Below the pieces are notes generated by a model. It had not been told where the DNA came from and ran no database searches. It was given only the letters and a program-made list of their open reading frames with translations. A DNA stretch of 64,000 nt from Octopus sinensis (taxonomy: Eukaryota), in NCBI RefSeq assembly GCF_006345805.1, contig NC_043011.1, positions 60,462,464-60,526,463 of the forward strand, given 5' to 3'. A program made the translations under genes and the position numbers. Positions 25,706 to 39,852 of this stretch are shown here, piece by piece (positions within the stretch are counted from its first letter, which is position 1; the number at the start of each line of letters is the position of its first letter).

Positions 25706-26598
25706 TGAGATCCGATCAATAAGTATCCGGACTATTGCCATAGTAACAAAGCTAAAACATGCAGAGTAAAGCTGCTGGGCACAGATTGACCTTGAACTTT
25801 ACTGTGCATGTGCACTAAGTTTTAATGTTCTAGCTCACTTCTGTTGTCTACAGCAGTGCTTGCAAGGCACATGTGTAGCATTTGATTGTCACAATGATCA
25901 TGACAGAGTAAGTTGCCATGGCAATGTCTGCTTAGAGGCCAACGCAAAGTTGCAGAAAGTGTATGGAGAGGAGTGTATGAGTCGCACACAAGCGTACGAG
26001 TGGTTCGGATGTTTCCAAGATGGTTGAAAAAATGTCAGTAGTGATGAATGTTCTGTGAGACCCACAACCAGCAGAACTGAGAAAAACATCGCAGAAGTGT
26101 ATGCAGCTGTGAGGGGAAAATCGTCAAATCACCATCCGTGACTTAGCAGATGTGCAGATTAGTTACAGTTCAGTTCAGTCCATTATCACTGAAGATTTGG
26201 GTATAAGATGCATGTCTGCCATGTTTGTGCCAAAACTATTTTCAACTGATCAAAAAGACACTTGACTCTCAGTTGCACAAGATCGCCTTGATTGTGTCAA
26301 GATCAACGAAAACATTTTGAAAACTTTGCATCGGTCTCTGAGCAGGTATCACCAAGCTTTCAGCAAAATTTGACGCAGATTCTCTGCTCAACTTTCTCAG
26401 TCATGGTGAATGCAACAATCACACATTACACACCTTCGTTCCAAGAACTGCTGTAAACAGCGGAAGTAAGCTAGAACATTAAAACTTAGTGTGCATGCAC
26501 AGTAGAGTTCAAGGTCAATCTGTGCCATGTGGCTTCACTCTGCATGCTTTAACTTCGTTACTATGGCAACTGTCCGGATACTTATTGATCAGACCACA
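25706..26598. mobile_element. Non-autonomous mariner built from two inverted 5' ends (apparent long TIRs)
   Basis: TA flanks; ends TGAGATCCGATCAATAAGTATCCGGAC / reverse complement; plus strand encodes HTH region AKLQKVYGEECMSRTQAYEWF..FVPKL; minus strand of right arm encodes MTEKVEQRICVKF. Confidence 0.85.
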
Positions 26599-27639
26599 TA
26601 TAACGAACAGTTGGGAAAATAGCTTTCTTGGAACAAAGGTAGGCAACTGAAAGGGCATCTAACTGTAGAATATTTCCTCAATAATACTCATCTTTTCCAA
26701 GACTGAATCATTTATTCTATAAGCTAGCCAACTCCTCGTAGTAAAAGAGTGAAATAACACAAAATACCTCAAGTTTTTTAATTAAGTGTAATAGGATCAA
26801 AAATTAGTATTCTTTTGTATAATTATGTGTTAGTATATTTATAACTAAATTCTTTTTTCTATTTTTTTCTCTCAATTTGTTTCCATTCTTTCTTAATCAT
26901 GCAACATTCAACAAATATTTAGCATTGATTAAGAAACGGAAATTGATTTATAAAAACCTTTTCTTGAAATAGGAAGATGATGATTATATTTTCAAGAATG
27001 CTTCCATCGATTGGAATAATTTATCATTAAAAATCGTTTGTGTTATTTGGTCCTGGAAGTATCACTCAGTGATGTTCCAGATTAAAGGTATTGAATATCA
27101 CTGCTGGGATCAATTCTCACAATAAATATATAAATAAACAAATATTTTGTTTTCATATTTCTAATGAAACAGCACTAACCAGGAAAAAAATTTATTTTCC
27201 AAGCGGTAGGGTTGGTAGGTCAGGGCAATTTATATTCATCTTTTATGGATAATTGTTTTGTTTTTGTACATATATATGTATATGTCTATTTATGAATAAA
27301 GAAGATAAACAACTATCTTAAAATAAAGCCATTATTAAATGTAAGTGGATGTCATCATACACATGCTTATTTCTTGTACATTAAAAAGGATTATTGAAGT
27401 CCATAAAGTGCGGAACATCCAGAAATTATGTACATTGTTAATCCAAATATAATTAGTTGTTATTGTTGTGTAGCTGTAATCAGTCTTTATCAGGCAGACC
27501 TATGATCAAAGACATTCCAATAATGACCAACTCATTTTGATGTTTTTGATTTTTTTTCTTTTGTTGGGCAGTTGTTTAGATTTCCAATGTGTCCACAGTC
27601 TTTTTATGATCTCTAACCATCCACCTTCTTTGCCCCCTA

Positions 27640-28050
27640 TTCCTGAGAGAGTTGTGGGGTTAGAGCCCTCAGGCACTGCTTCCACAGGATCTTATCAAAA
27701 GTGACTGACATTACAATTTCTGGCTAAACTCTCAAGCGGGACCAACTGAGATTATGGATATTCTCCCACTGTCTCATTCTTGAGCTACCCCTAGATCTCT
27801 TGATGGTTGGCTTGGCTTCAAGAACCCATCCTGCAATTCTTTCCTGCAACATTCTAATCACATGCCCATAGTATTAGAACTATGACCTTTAGCATCTCAA
27901 CCTAGAAAGACTTTCTGATACTTCAGAGACTCTTCAGAGGAACACATTTCAGCTGCTTATATTTACAGTCATACACTTTCGGTCTTTAGCCAACATTCAT
28001 GACCATAGGTGAAGATAGGCACAAAAGTTGAACTGAAGAGAGCAAGTTTT
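27640..28050 (-). mobile_element. RTE (Expander-like) LINE 3' fragment
   Basis: KLALFSSTFVPIFTYGHECW..I*AAEM resembles KLSIYRSIFVPTLTYGHELW..IQAAEM. Confidence 0.8.
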
Positions 28051-31000
28051 ATGACAATAAGATGTAATATGAGAAAGAGTTGGCTGTTATTTCTAGCAGT
28101 ACAAATAATCTAGTAGAAGTTCTTTCATTAGTTCAGAGTCCCAGCAGTTTGTGTGACCTCCTTTAAATGCTATTAGTCAGTGGTTGAAATGATTTGAAAG
28201 TAAAGCCTCAGTGCAAATTGATTTATATACATGCTGGGTTCTGCCCAGTGCATACAAATTCTAATGCTCCTGTAGTTTGCCAAACAGCAAAGAAGCCAAA
28301 TGTTAATTGCTCTTGTTTCATAATTAACAGCAGCATGTTACAGCTGATTAATCTAAATCAATGTGCATGGCTTTTCCCTTTCCACCATCTTTATTTTGTT
28401 TTAATCCTCCAACACAATAACTTCTATAAACCAATGAGGAAACATCTATAATGGGAATAACAGCTAAATTATCCTCAAGACATACACTATCTTCAAAACA
28501 GGAAGAAGTCATTGGACAATGTAGGCTAGGAAAGTAAGATGAGATGGTCATAGCTGGAATGTTTTGATCGCAAGTCTGCCTGATAAGACAACTTAAGGTT
28601 TAATAACTTGAGAAACCATATAGTAAGTCATGTGTTGGAAAGATGAAAGCATCGTTTAGAATGCGTTGTTAATTGAGTAATTCCCTTCACATATAATTGT
28701 AGACTGGGGATTGTTAAGATTTCCCTAATTAGTTTATATTCAGAATATCAGAATTCTTGTGCATTTTCATATCTGAACTAAGTCATGCAATCAATACTTT
28801 GAAGAAGTGTTTTTAAAATAGCTGATGAACTCACTTATTGGAGATACTCATTAATTTCTATATATTTATATTAATAATCTGTAACTGAAATATAATAATT
28901 TAACATCATTGTGTTTTTTTATGCTTAACCATAGGTTGGTTCTGATGAAAAAAACATGATTACAGAATTCAAGTGATAACCACCCTGTCTTTTAGGAGCA
29001 TCTGGGATTATATTATCTAATGCATCTTGCCCTTTCATAAAACAGTGAAAAATGATCTGAAGGAGATCTGCTATTTCAATTAAATCAAATGGCTAAATAG
29101 AGCAGGACTGGAGATCTCTCTCCCTCTTGTCTGCATTAAAATTAGAAACCCACCACTGAAGAAATCATTGGATACCGATATGAAGAAATGGTTTAAGATG
29201 TCCACTTTTCTGTACTTGAATGGGTCAGATGGAATTCACTGAGGCAGATTTTTTTTACAACCAGGCACTCTTCTTGCCACCAACTTTCATCTGTTTCCAA
29301 GCAAGGTAATATTTCCCCATGACCAAACACGTGTACACAGAAGACTGAGAATAAGGGACAATGGAGACTTCTTGTATGGCAGTAACATTTATTTACAACT
29401 ATTACCCCATCTCAAGTCAAGAAGACACAAATACACACATGCATATATGATGGGCTTTTTTCTGGGTATATCTATCAGATCCACTCACAAGGCTTTGGTC
29501 AATCAAGGATGAAAAGAGAAGACACTTTCCCAGTGGCCATACAATAAGACTGAATCCAGAACCATATGGTTAGAAAGCAAACTTCTTAACCATGCTGCCA
29601 TTCCTGTATACCTATGAATTTGTAAAAGCAAAAATTCATTATTTTTCTCTTGCAAATTAGTTTCTTATGCCTTTGTAATTCGATCCTAGTTCTGAAAAAG
29701 GTTTCCAGCTCCCAACAGAGAGGTTTCCTTGCTAGTTACAATTAATATATAACTAGATGTTTGTGTGAACAGAGAGACAGTAGCAGAGTCTTATTTACTT
29801 GTAGAGAAAAGGAGAAAAAGAAAAAAAAAACCATGCTCAATTACTTATCCAGAAAATTAGTATCAGCTCAGTTTACAATATATTTTATTGAAGAGGGAGG
29901 AACAATAAAGAAAATATAATTGATTTACAATTCAAAAACCACAAAAAAACCCCCAGATCTGTTTACACAGATATCTGAGACTAAATTATCTAATGTATCC
30001 TTATCGTATTTATTTTTTAAATGGCAGGGTGTGGTTTGAGGGGAGGTTTTGTTGTTATTTCTAAAACACTATACAACCACATAGAGGTTCTTTTTACTGG
30101 CAACAGTTATCATATAAATATATGTGTGAAGATGGTGGTGATGGCGGTGAGACAGAAACTGTTTATTTGCAGAAAAATGACTTGTATCCAATTAATTGTC
30201 CAGAAAAAGAGTATCACAGCTCAGCTTACAATTTATTTTATCAGAAGGTGGGGAACAATAAAGATAAAAGTAATTGGCTTACAATTCACAGAAAAATAAA
30301 ATAAAATAAAAACACAAAAATATACCCTTCTGTTTACATAACATTCAAATAATGAAAAAAAAAGATATACACATATTTTTGGTAGCAATGATTACTCATA
30401 TTTATTATATTTGCTTCTTGTTAAAAATGTTGATCTTTTTTTTTATTATACATTTTATCTTTACTACACTGTCACTGTAATTTAGACACAAAATTGTTAC
30501 AACTCTAGGAATATTGTTAAACGGCTTTCTCTAGATAACTGTATTTAGGCTATAAACTATAATTTATAATATCTTTGGGGAGTTTCTACAGCTAATGGTT
30601 TATTTACTTGCCATTGATTTTTCAAAAAAAAAACACCCCACACTTCGCATATGTTTTATACATACATACATACATACGTGTGTGTGTGTGTGTGTGTGTG
30701 TGTTTTATTGCCTCAGCAATTTTAAATGTAGCATATTACAAAGAACATGTCAAAGTGCTTTTGAAACTGGTTTGGCTTCACCCTTTACCTAAATTAATTG
30801 TTACATCACATCTATTTGTAAATAAGTGTTATTGCAGTCTCAACTGGACTTATTACGTTGTACAAAACAGTATTCGGAAATGGTTTTGAAAAGGAGCAAA
30901 TAGAAAAAGAAAACACAGTTTATTTTCTTCCTATGTTTTTGTATGTCTATATTTGTTTATTCATTTTTGCTACACAAATTATAGCAGGGAATAAGATTGC

Positions 31001-31346
31001 AATTTCAGATGCATAGATGAGAAGTAATCACAACTTTTAAGTTATAATATAATAAAAATGGTTTCTGATTTAGACATAGAAGCATTAATCTATAGGGATG
31101 TGGATAACATAGACCCAATAATTAAAATAATTGTGATTTCAGATTTTAGCACAAGGCCAGCAATGTTAGGAGGTTGGGATAGTCATTTATACTAAGCCCA
31201 GTCCTTAACTGGTACTTATTTTACTGAGCCCAAAGGATGAAAGGTAAAGTCAACTCCAGTAAAATTTAAACCCAGAACATAAAGAACCAGCATTTTAGCA
31301 GCATTTTACTCAAGGCACTAATGATGCCACTAGCTTGCTGTTTAAA

Positions 31347-31349
<3 letters not shown>

Positions 31350-31406
<57 letters not shown>

Positions 31407-31425
31407 TAATAATTATAATAATAAT
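31350..31425. repeat. (AAT)n microsatellite
   Basis: Direct reading; similar arrays at 33325-33408 and 10-33; (TA)n at 4570-4615, 23245-23327, 60965-61190; (GA)n at 61626-61685. Confidence 0.95.
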
Positions 31426-31617
31426 CCTTTCTACTATAGACAAAATTTAAAGGAAGGAGATTAGTCAATTGCATCAATCCCATTGCTCAACTGGTATTTA
31501 TTGATCCTGGAAAGATAAAAAGTAAAGTTGACCATGACAGAATCTGAACCCAAAATGCCGCTAAGTATTTTGTCGGCTGTGCTAATGACTCTGCCAGCTT
31601 GCTACTATGCAGTGCTA

Positions 31618-33010
31618 ATTACTGGAATGCAGTTTGGAATAAGTGAGTGTGCAGTGCTAATTAAGAAGATAAACTCTGGTGTCAAAATTATCACAACATC
31701 ATTAGACTGCCATGGAATAATGAGGGGTACAAAGACTTGGGGGTACTGAAGATGATAGGATAATAGGAGAAATGAGAGAAAATCTCTAAAGAGCACAAGA
31801 GACTGGATGGTGCTTGAAATGTGATTAAATAGAGTAACCATCATTAAAGCAATTAATACATGGGCCGTACCAGTGTTGAAATACTTTGCTCTCTCCCCAA
31901 AATGCACAAAAGCTGAGCTACAGAATTAGGACAGAAGAACTAGAAAGCTGCTCACAATACACAACGTTCTGAAAGTAGTACTGACAGACTCTATGTATCA
32001 AGAAAGGAAGGAGGAGGAAGATTACTAAATGAAGAAGACACTGTAAGAACTGAGATATTGGTGTTGAAAATTTATGTTGTGTGGAGTGAAGAAAGAATAC
32101 TATTGGTAGCTAGAGAAGCCTAAAAAGTTGCTGAAACAGTAGAATTCAAAAGGAGGAGGAACAATAACAGACCAAGCAGGTGGAAAGAAATGGAATTAAA
32201 TAGACAATTTATACAATAAACTGATGCTGTTGGAAGTACATAATGCTGGCTATGGTTGATGAATGGAAACCTGAAATGAGAGACCAAAGCACTAATTATA
32301 GCTGCTCAGGAACAAGCTATTAAGATGAATCTGATAAAGGCAAAAATTGACAAAACTGAATCTTACAACAAATGAAGAATCTGCAAGTAAGAAGACGAAA
32401 ATATTGTGCCTTGAGTAAGTACAAAAATCTAGCACAAAAAGAGTATAAGTGCAGGCATGATGTGTAAGTAAAAGAGTGAATTAGGATGTTAGCTAAGTGT
32501 ATAGCTTTGATATAACCAGAGAGTGAACATCAACCAGATGCTGTGACAAGAAATAACAAGAAAATGAACATAAACTAGAGGCTGTGACAGAGAACAAGAA
32601 TTATGGAACTTCCTCATAAAGACTGACCATACTATTATAGATATTATACAAAACAAAATAAACAGTGTAAGATTACATTATTTACATTTGACAGATATTT
32701 GTCCTCATCTTGTTTGTTGTTAACACAATGTTTCAGCTGATATACCCTCCAACCTTTATCAGGTGTCTTAACAACAAACAAGATGAGAACAAATATTTGT
32801 CAAATGTAAATAATGCAAAATCAACAATTATTCCTGTGGTAATTTGTACAATTGGCACAACATCAAAATATCAGCCAAGACAGTGAAATTTAGACTTATA
32901 TTGTCAACTTGCAGAAAAGTACTATCATATATTCCATAAGAATCCTAGGAAAGATTCTTGAGATATGAGGAGACTTGTGGTCATCAAACCTCAAGATACT
33001 CCTGTTAATT
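31618..33010 (+). mobile_element. Decayed R4/Dong-clade non-LTR retrotransposon (late RT to restriction-like endonuclease)
   Basis: GMQFGISECAVL, IKAINTWAVPVLKY, TDRLYVSRKEGG, ETKALIIAAQEQAI, LAQKEYKCRHD, IIPVVICTIG motifs; many stops and frameshifts. Confidence 0.85.
32675..32816. mobile_element. Family D hammerhead fragment as a foldback, nested in the R4 element
   Basis: About 47-bp arms around minus-strand GACAC-CTGATAA-A-GGTTG..CAGCT-GAAA-CATT-GTG. Confidence 0.8.
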
Positions 33011-33346
33011 AAATTAGCAAGTACTAGCTTGATAATGATGATAATAATTCTTTCTACAAGTGAACATCTACACGTTCACTCAATCCACTAGAAATACCAG
33101 TCAAATCTCTCTTAAATTACACTCTCATTTAAAAAGGGAGGACATATTGGATAATATAGTTCTAGATATATGTAAGGGATGGGGATGATGAAATGATCAA
33201 GCTTGGTGTGCTTTTGTTTGTAGGTTTGTTGATATGAAAAAAGAAACAACAAAGACCAACAAGTTATTCCAATAAATTTGAATATAAGGATAATTTAGTT
33301 TCTGTCATAAATAACTTTCTAGCAAATAATAATAATAATAATAATG

Positions 33347-33408
<62 letters not shown>

Positions 33409-33848
33409 CGTATAGAATTTAAAATATTTATTTTTCATTTGGTTAAAAGCAATTAATTAGCAGTTGAAGAAATTCTTCCCAATGGAAAAATTTAAAAAAG
33501 AACATATCAGACAATATTGCAATAAGTGACTATTTAAAAACTCATTAGCAAAAACCATTTAAGTAATTAAAGCCTAATCAAATTGGGAACAGACCTTTAA
33601 TGGAAAAATCAATAAATTAAAGTGTTCATCAATAAACTACTTTAATGCTGGTGCCTTTGACATCCAACTTACAAACAAGGTATCAGATTCATTAACACCA
33701 GAAAAATGTCAGCGCTAGGCTGTTATGAAGATAATGTTTCCATTACTTAGCTCTTAAAACTAGCTCTCTTGGATGCATAGCTTTAATTAGGTTTTAAATT
33801 TTAACTCAGTATTGCTGTTTGCACTAGCGTTATACATGCATCGCTTAC

Positions 33849-34008
33849 TTTAAACTGACAGTTGCTTTAGCACTACCAAGGCTGGCCAAGGAGGTTTTGG
33901 AAATAATCCATGATCTCTGACCTGGAACGTGTTTGGAAGAGGTTGTGAAGTACTCCAGTACTTCTTCAGAAACATTTGGAGAATATTCTAGACCATCATT
34001 GATAATTT
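33849..34008 (-). CDS. Candidate coding exon IINDGLEYSPNVSEEVLEYFTTSSKHVPGQRSWIISKTSLASLGSAKATVSL
   Basis: Open frame ends at a GTAAGC donor just before an in-frame TAA; acceptor uncertain (weak AAG after a T tract). Confidence 0.4.
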
Positions 34009-36029
34009 CTTCCATTAAATCATTAAATATGAAAAAAAAAGTGAAGTAGATATTCCTTCAACTATATTTATTGCTCAAACTCTCAGAAGGATGTAAGTAC
34101 TTGGCAAACAACACTTGCTATCAGAGTAGAAAATGGAAGAGAACATTACAAAATACACAAAACACACACAAAAAAAAAATAACAAGAATAAAATAAAATT
34201 CACAACGAAAGAGACAAAGAGGTGCAACACATGTGTCTTGCATGCACGTATTTTTTTCTTCTAATTACTAAAAATGTCATTAATATCAATGATATACATG
34301 TGTGATTATGTATACATATGTATATATTATATATACATATACATGTGTGTGTGTATATATATATATGAATACACACACATATCTATACACCCACACACCT
34401 CTATATCTACATCTATATATACACACTCACGCACACTAAGTAGCAAGGCAGCAAACGTGTCACTTTAGTAATGTTATTAGATATTTATGACATTAAAGAT
34501 CTTGCTTGATATTGTCAACATTTCTACTCTTTGGCATTCAATGGCATCAAAACTGGAATCCATATTTGATAAGCATTTCTGTTTTTCTTTATTGTCTTTA
34601 TATATTTATTTACTTATTTGTCCATATTAAATCGGTTAATACCATATAGTGAATTAGTGGCAGAAACAAACAAGACTTTAGCATGTGTCAAGGAGAGAGA
34701 ACAAAGAAATTATATAGCGCTTTGGATAGCGAAACAATTGCTGGAAACAAACAGAGATGTTAGTAGACAGAATTACATAAAATAATACAGAAATAATACT
34801 ATCATAGAGTCAATGAGATATTATGATTAAAATAAATATGAGAGTTGAGATGAGCTTAATTGAAAGGTCAGTTTTAAAGATCAGAGCATCAAGTGCATAT
34901 ATATGTATATAACCAAGGGAAATGATAACTAGAAAAGCAACTGGTTCCGTTTGTGTATCTATGGGTATACTAATGGACTTCCGAGTAGATAAGAACACAG
35001 TTATATGCTGAGCTGTCTTTTATCTTTTATTTGTTTCAAGCATTAGACTGTGGCCATGCTGGGGCATTGCCTTGAAGAATGTTTAGCTGAATGAATTGAC
35101 CCCAGTACTCTTATTTTTTTTAATATTTCTAGCCTGATACTTATTCTATCGGTCTCTTTTGCTGAACCACTAAGTTACAGAAACACAAACAAACCAACAC
35201 TGATTGTCAAGCAGTGGGGTAGAGGAACAAACACATACATGAAAACACACACACACACACACACACATAGTTATATACACAATGGACTTCTTTCAGTTTC
35301 CGTCTACCAAATCTACTCACAAGGCTATGGTCAGCCCAACGCTAAAGTAGAAGTTGCTTGCCCAAGATACTATGCAATGGGATTGAATCTCAGAACCATG
35401 TGGTTGGGAAGCAAACTTCTTACCACACAGCCATGCCTGTATCTATAAATGTTTTGTAAGAAAGCCATATGTAATAGTTTTAATATTGTTTCCATTAACT
35501 GCTGTTATATGATGGTCTGGAAATACACAAACAAGAAAAAAAAAAATGAAAGAAGGAATTGAATATTGAAGTGGGGTTTCAAAATTACTTTCTTCTGCTG
35601 AATAATAATGTTCATTATTAAGTTTAGCCTTCAGTTTCTTTACCTCCTGATCCGTTAAAAAGAATCAAGATGGTTACATGGATAAAGTACTGGACAACGT
35701 GCTTATGGATCACAAATTCAAATTTATTGCAAATGGTTTATTCATTTGGGGGTTGGAACAATTTATTTTACATTGCCACAGTTCAACTAATAGCCAGGAA
35801 AAGAAAGCAGGACATCTGGAAATGTTACATCTGTGATATGCTGGAATTTAGTCAAAGAGATTTATCTCTCATCTGCACACCATAAAACCAAATACCCAAT
35901 AAACCTATAATGCTTATATCATCAATATTCAGAGAATGTAGTTATCTATTGATTTCTTTCAGCTTATTTAAGTGTAAGGAATATGTTTGATGAAAAGAAA
36001 GTTTAAATATTCCATCCAGCCATCTGTTT

Positions 36030-36200
36030 TCTCCACCCACTATTCTTGCAAGTATTATGGAGGTAGAGTCCCTCAGGCACTTCCTCCATTGGATCCTGTC
36101 AGAAGCAACTGTCATTAGATGTCCCCAAGCATGACTAACTGAAAACATGGATATTATTCAAATGTCTTGTTCTTGGTCTACTTCTAGGTCTTTTGCCAGT
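36030..36200 (-). mobile_element. RTE LINE 3' fragment
   Basis: HAEPTGKRPRSRPRTR..VASDRIQWRKCL. Confidence 0.75.
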
Positions 36201-38319
36201 TGGCTCAGCATGAAGAAATTTCATACATACACATTTTAAATTATACAAGTGTCAGTAAATCTGCAACAATACACCACACATTTCAATATGTAATAACATC
36301 ATTAGAAATTGTAAAAAATCTTGAGAACTCATCCAAGCTTTTAGTTCTGTCAATTTAATCATCAAAAGAGTATATGCAACACTTGAGGTGTCAGGAATTA
36401 TTAACAATAGCCATGTACTTCCTCTACAGCAAGAAACCTATTCTGGGCCCTTCATCCTATAGCCTTTCATCACCAGGCATAAAGCTATTACCCTTTCAAC
36501 TGTAGTCTCATTCAGTTGAAGGGGGTCTTTGTCATGGAAGATATATGGTGCAATTAAAAAAAGGGTCTATTACACTCTGTAATGTGGTTGGCATTAGAAA
36601 GGGGATCCAGTTGCAGATATACTGATACATTGCCAAAGTAGACGTTGGAGCATGATACAGTCCTCTGACCAATCAGATCCTGAAAAACCACCCAATGCAT
36701 GCCAGCATTTGTAGATAGATTTTTTAAAAGATGATGATGGTGATGATGATGAGGCCTTAAAGGGTTTCACATCATCCTCTCGAAACCTCTTTGGTCTTAA
36801 AAGACATTTACATATGTCTGTTCATGTAAATTGACCTGAGCTAAAAAACAATCACTACCACCAAATATTTTGAGATAAAGAACCAAATCTCTAATATCTT
36901 TTAATATACATATGTGATTTAAATTTGGATACCAGAGAAAATATTGTAGATTACTGGAAGTTATTGTTTAGCTAGCGGCAATGATCACAAGCAGACATTT
37001 GAAACCAAACAGACAGCTGCAATACTAATAAAGTAGTTTACCTGGAAGATTGATAGCAGACTAATTGTTGAAAATGTACTTAAATGAAAGCAGGTGTTTA
37101 CTTCTGTTGCTAATGATTAAAATCATCAACTATGGATCACTCAAAACAATATATTTGGTTACTCGAGCAACCTTTACAAGCTTCAGAAGTCCAGAGAGAT
37201 TTAGAGAACTTCAAAGAAGATTAAACCAATGTAGAGAAGAAGGCAAAACAGTTATAACTGAAATATTAGATAGAGCAATTTACTTTTATAATTAAATTTA
37301 TAAATTTTCATGATTGATGTTTATATATAAGTAGCTGTTGAGTCTCTGGAACCCAATTGTAGATTTTATTTATTTATTTTTTTGTTGCTGCTGGTATTGT
37401 TGAGCCCAAAGTTAGCCCTGACATAATAGCTCTATGATCAAAGGTCTCTCTACAACAATATCATCCAATGAGGCCTTCTCTTTGGAGGATGGTAGGATGT
37501 AATTTGAAGGAGATATAGTCGTTATTTCTAGCAGATCAAGTAACCAGTTCAAAGCTGGTTTAACTAGACAGCTCAATGCTGTCTAGTTAAATCATGTTCT
37601 AGATAGTAAAAAATTACTTTGACTATTTGGTGCAAGGAAAACATAAACAAAGTGACAAGAAGAGGAAAGATAAGTAAATTGCTTAATTGATTGGCAAACT
37701 CAAAATAGAAAATATTTGAATAAAGGGAGGGAAGGTTTAATGTGGTGAAGTTGAATAATGAGTGAAAGTTTGTTGACCTCCTCACAATTTCATTGTAGTA
37801 TCATCATCATCATCATTTTACATTCACTTTAACCCTTTATTCACAATGTTTTGAATTTATCATACATTATCTCATACCTTTGATACTTCAATGATGTGAT
37901 TATCTATTTTTGGAATGACATTGTAGGGTAGGTGTGAGAGGCCAGGTGGTGACAGCTTGAACATAAAACAGGTAAAATATTTGTCACACTGAATCCATCT
38001 CTGGTTTAACACTACCATCCAGTACTGACTGTCTTTGGCAGTATTTATTCAGTTGCTAATATTTGGACTAGATCCCTGATTTGAAAAAAAAACATCTTTC
38101 TTCCTCCCTTTCGCAAATCTTGTAGTCTTGGAAGCTCTGTAAAGAGTTATAGTTATGCCTTCCCTCCTGACTTAAGGAAAATAAAACAACTTCAATTCAT
38201 GGATTGTATGGGTTACATAACATCTCACCTTTTATCACAGTCCTTCTTAATATGGGCATAATATGCTTTTTCATAAAGGCTGGAGGCCTTTCATATTTCT
38301 AACAGCTCTACAACATAAA

Positions 38320-38645
38320 CTGGTATTCTGACAGTTTGCAACAACGAGTGTCCCAGTTCATCTGATTAATGAAATAATCTGCCCATGAAATTAACATGCA
38401 AGTGGCTGAGCAACCCACAGACATGCATGACCTTAATGTAGTTCTCAGGGAGGTTCAGTATGACACAGAATGAGACAAGGCTGGGCCTTTGAGTTACAAG
38501 TTCAACTCAGTTTTGCAAGACGAGTGGACTAGATCAATGTGAAATAAAGTGCCTTGCTCAATGATATGATACACAGCCAGGTATTGAACTTGTGATCTTA
38601 TGATTATAAGCTGAATACCCAAGCCACTAAGCCATGTTCCTTTAC
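38320..38645 (-). mobile_element. tRNA-derived SINE (family G)
   Basis: Head GGCTTAGTGG..AAGTTCAATACC, then GAGCAAGGCACTTTATTTCAC and a distinct 3' body. Confidence 0.6.
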
Positions 38646-39312
38646 ACAACATAAACCAAGTGGTTTTTATCATTCCAAAGCACAAAAGAGGCTGTTTCTG
38701 ACAAAACAAATAGATTTCCTCTACTTTACATGCCTTTGTTTGGTTTGCCATTTTTTGACATAGGTTTAACAGGTTGATACACTTCCTATCAATGGCCACT
38801 TCATAGCAAAACTTGGATTCAGTTTGCTTTGAGAGAGGCTGTCTATTATAATTCAGCCCAGTCTTTCCTGCTTGCTGAGGAGATAAGCATTTCTTTATAA
38901 CAATCCAAAAGATACACTCAAGTGTCCCTCTCTCATTATCATCATGATCATCAATTAACATCAGTTTTCCATGCTGGCATGGGTTGGATGGTATGACAGC
39001 AGCTGGCAAGCCAGAGGACTGTGCCAAGCTTTATTGTCTGATTGGCATGGTTTCTATGGTTAGATGCCCTTCCTATAGCCAACCACTTTACAGAGTACAG
39101 GGTGCTTTTTATGTAACATCAGTCCTACTAACATTAGCTGTCTACTATAGATCTACTAGATGATACTGAAAATATAAAAAGTGAGATTAGTTTGCTCAGA
39201 AAATAAAAGAATTTTCTTGTGTCTACAATATTATAGCCTTGAATATTATAACCATAGAATCTCTAACAAATGAAAATAAAGAATATCCAAAATCTAAAAA
39301 GAAATCATAAAC

Positions 39313-39344
<32 letters not shown>

Positions 39345-39852
39345 AGAATATATTTCTGAAAGATAAATGTAAATTGAAAATAACATTTAAAAAATCAAGA
39401 TAGTGATAGAGAAATTAATGTATTTACTGATGATTGAAAGAAAATAACCTTAATAAGAGGAAAAAAGCTGAGACGTACTAAACATCAACGGTAAGAAAAT
39501 ATAAGTGGGTGGATAGTATATAGCTGTGTATTTAGAGTGTGGCGTGGAGAGGGAACAACGTAACAATGAGAACAGTGAAAATGACTTAAAAGATAATATA
39601 ACATGTTTCTTGCTTGACAGTCAGTCAGCAAGAGGCAACTATCTTGATGAGATTATGTAATATTGTTTTCTCATTTTGTGATGAAATTTGCTTAGGATTG
39701 TAATTATAAATGTTCTAACAAAGAAAAGAAATTTCAACACAGATATCTAATACTATGAGTGATTACCATTTCAGTATCCTAAGATCGTTTTTCTTCAGCG
39801 TTGCTAGTTAGTTATCACCAGCTCTCTTATTTCAATCGCTTGACTCATTTAC

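Noticed and set aside
34088-34093. Plus-strand 6-nt microexon AAGGAT followed by GTAAGT; similar small candidates near 11157-11237, 21193-21222 and 56091-56104
   Set aside because: Short splice-like signals occur on both strands throughout 64 kb of AT-rich DNA; no consistent plus-strand gene could be built.
37065-37295. 76-aa protein-like plus-strand ORF (RSPERFRELQRRLNQCREEGK..)
   Set aside because: No recognisable family and no supporting neighbouring exons; cannot be distinguished from chance.
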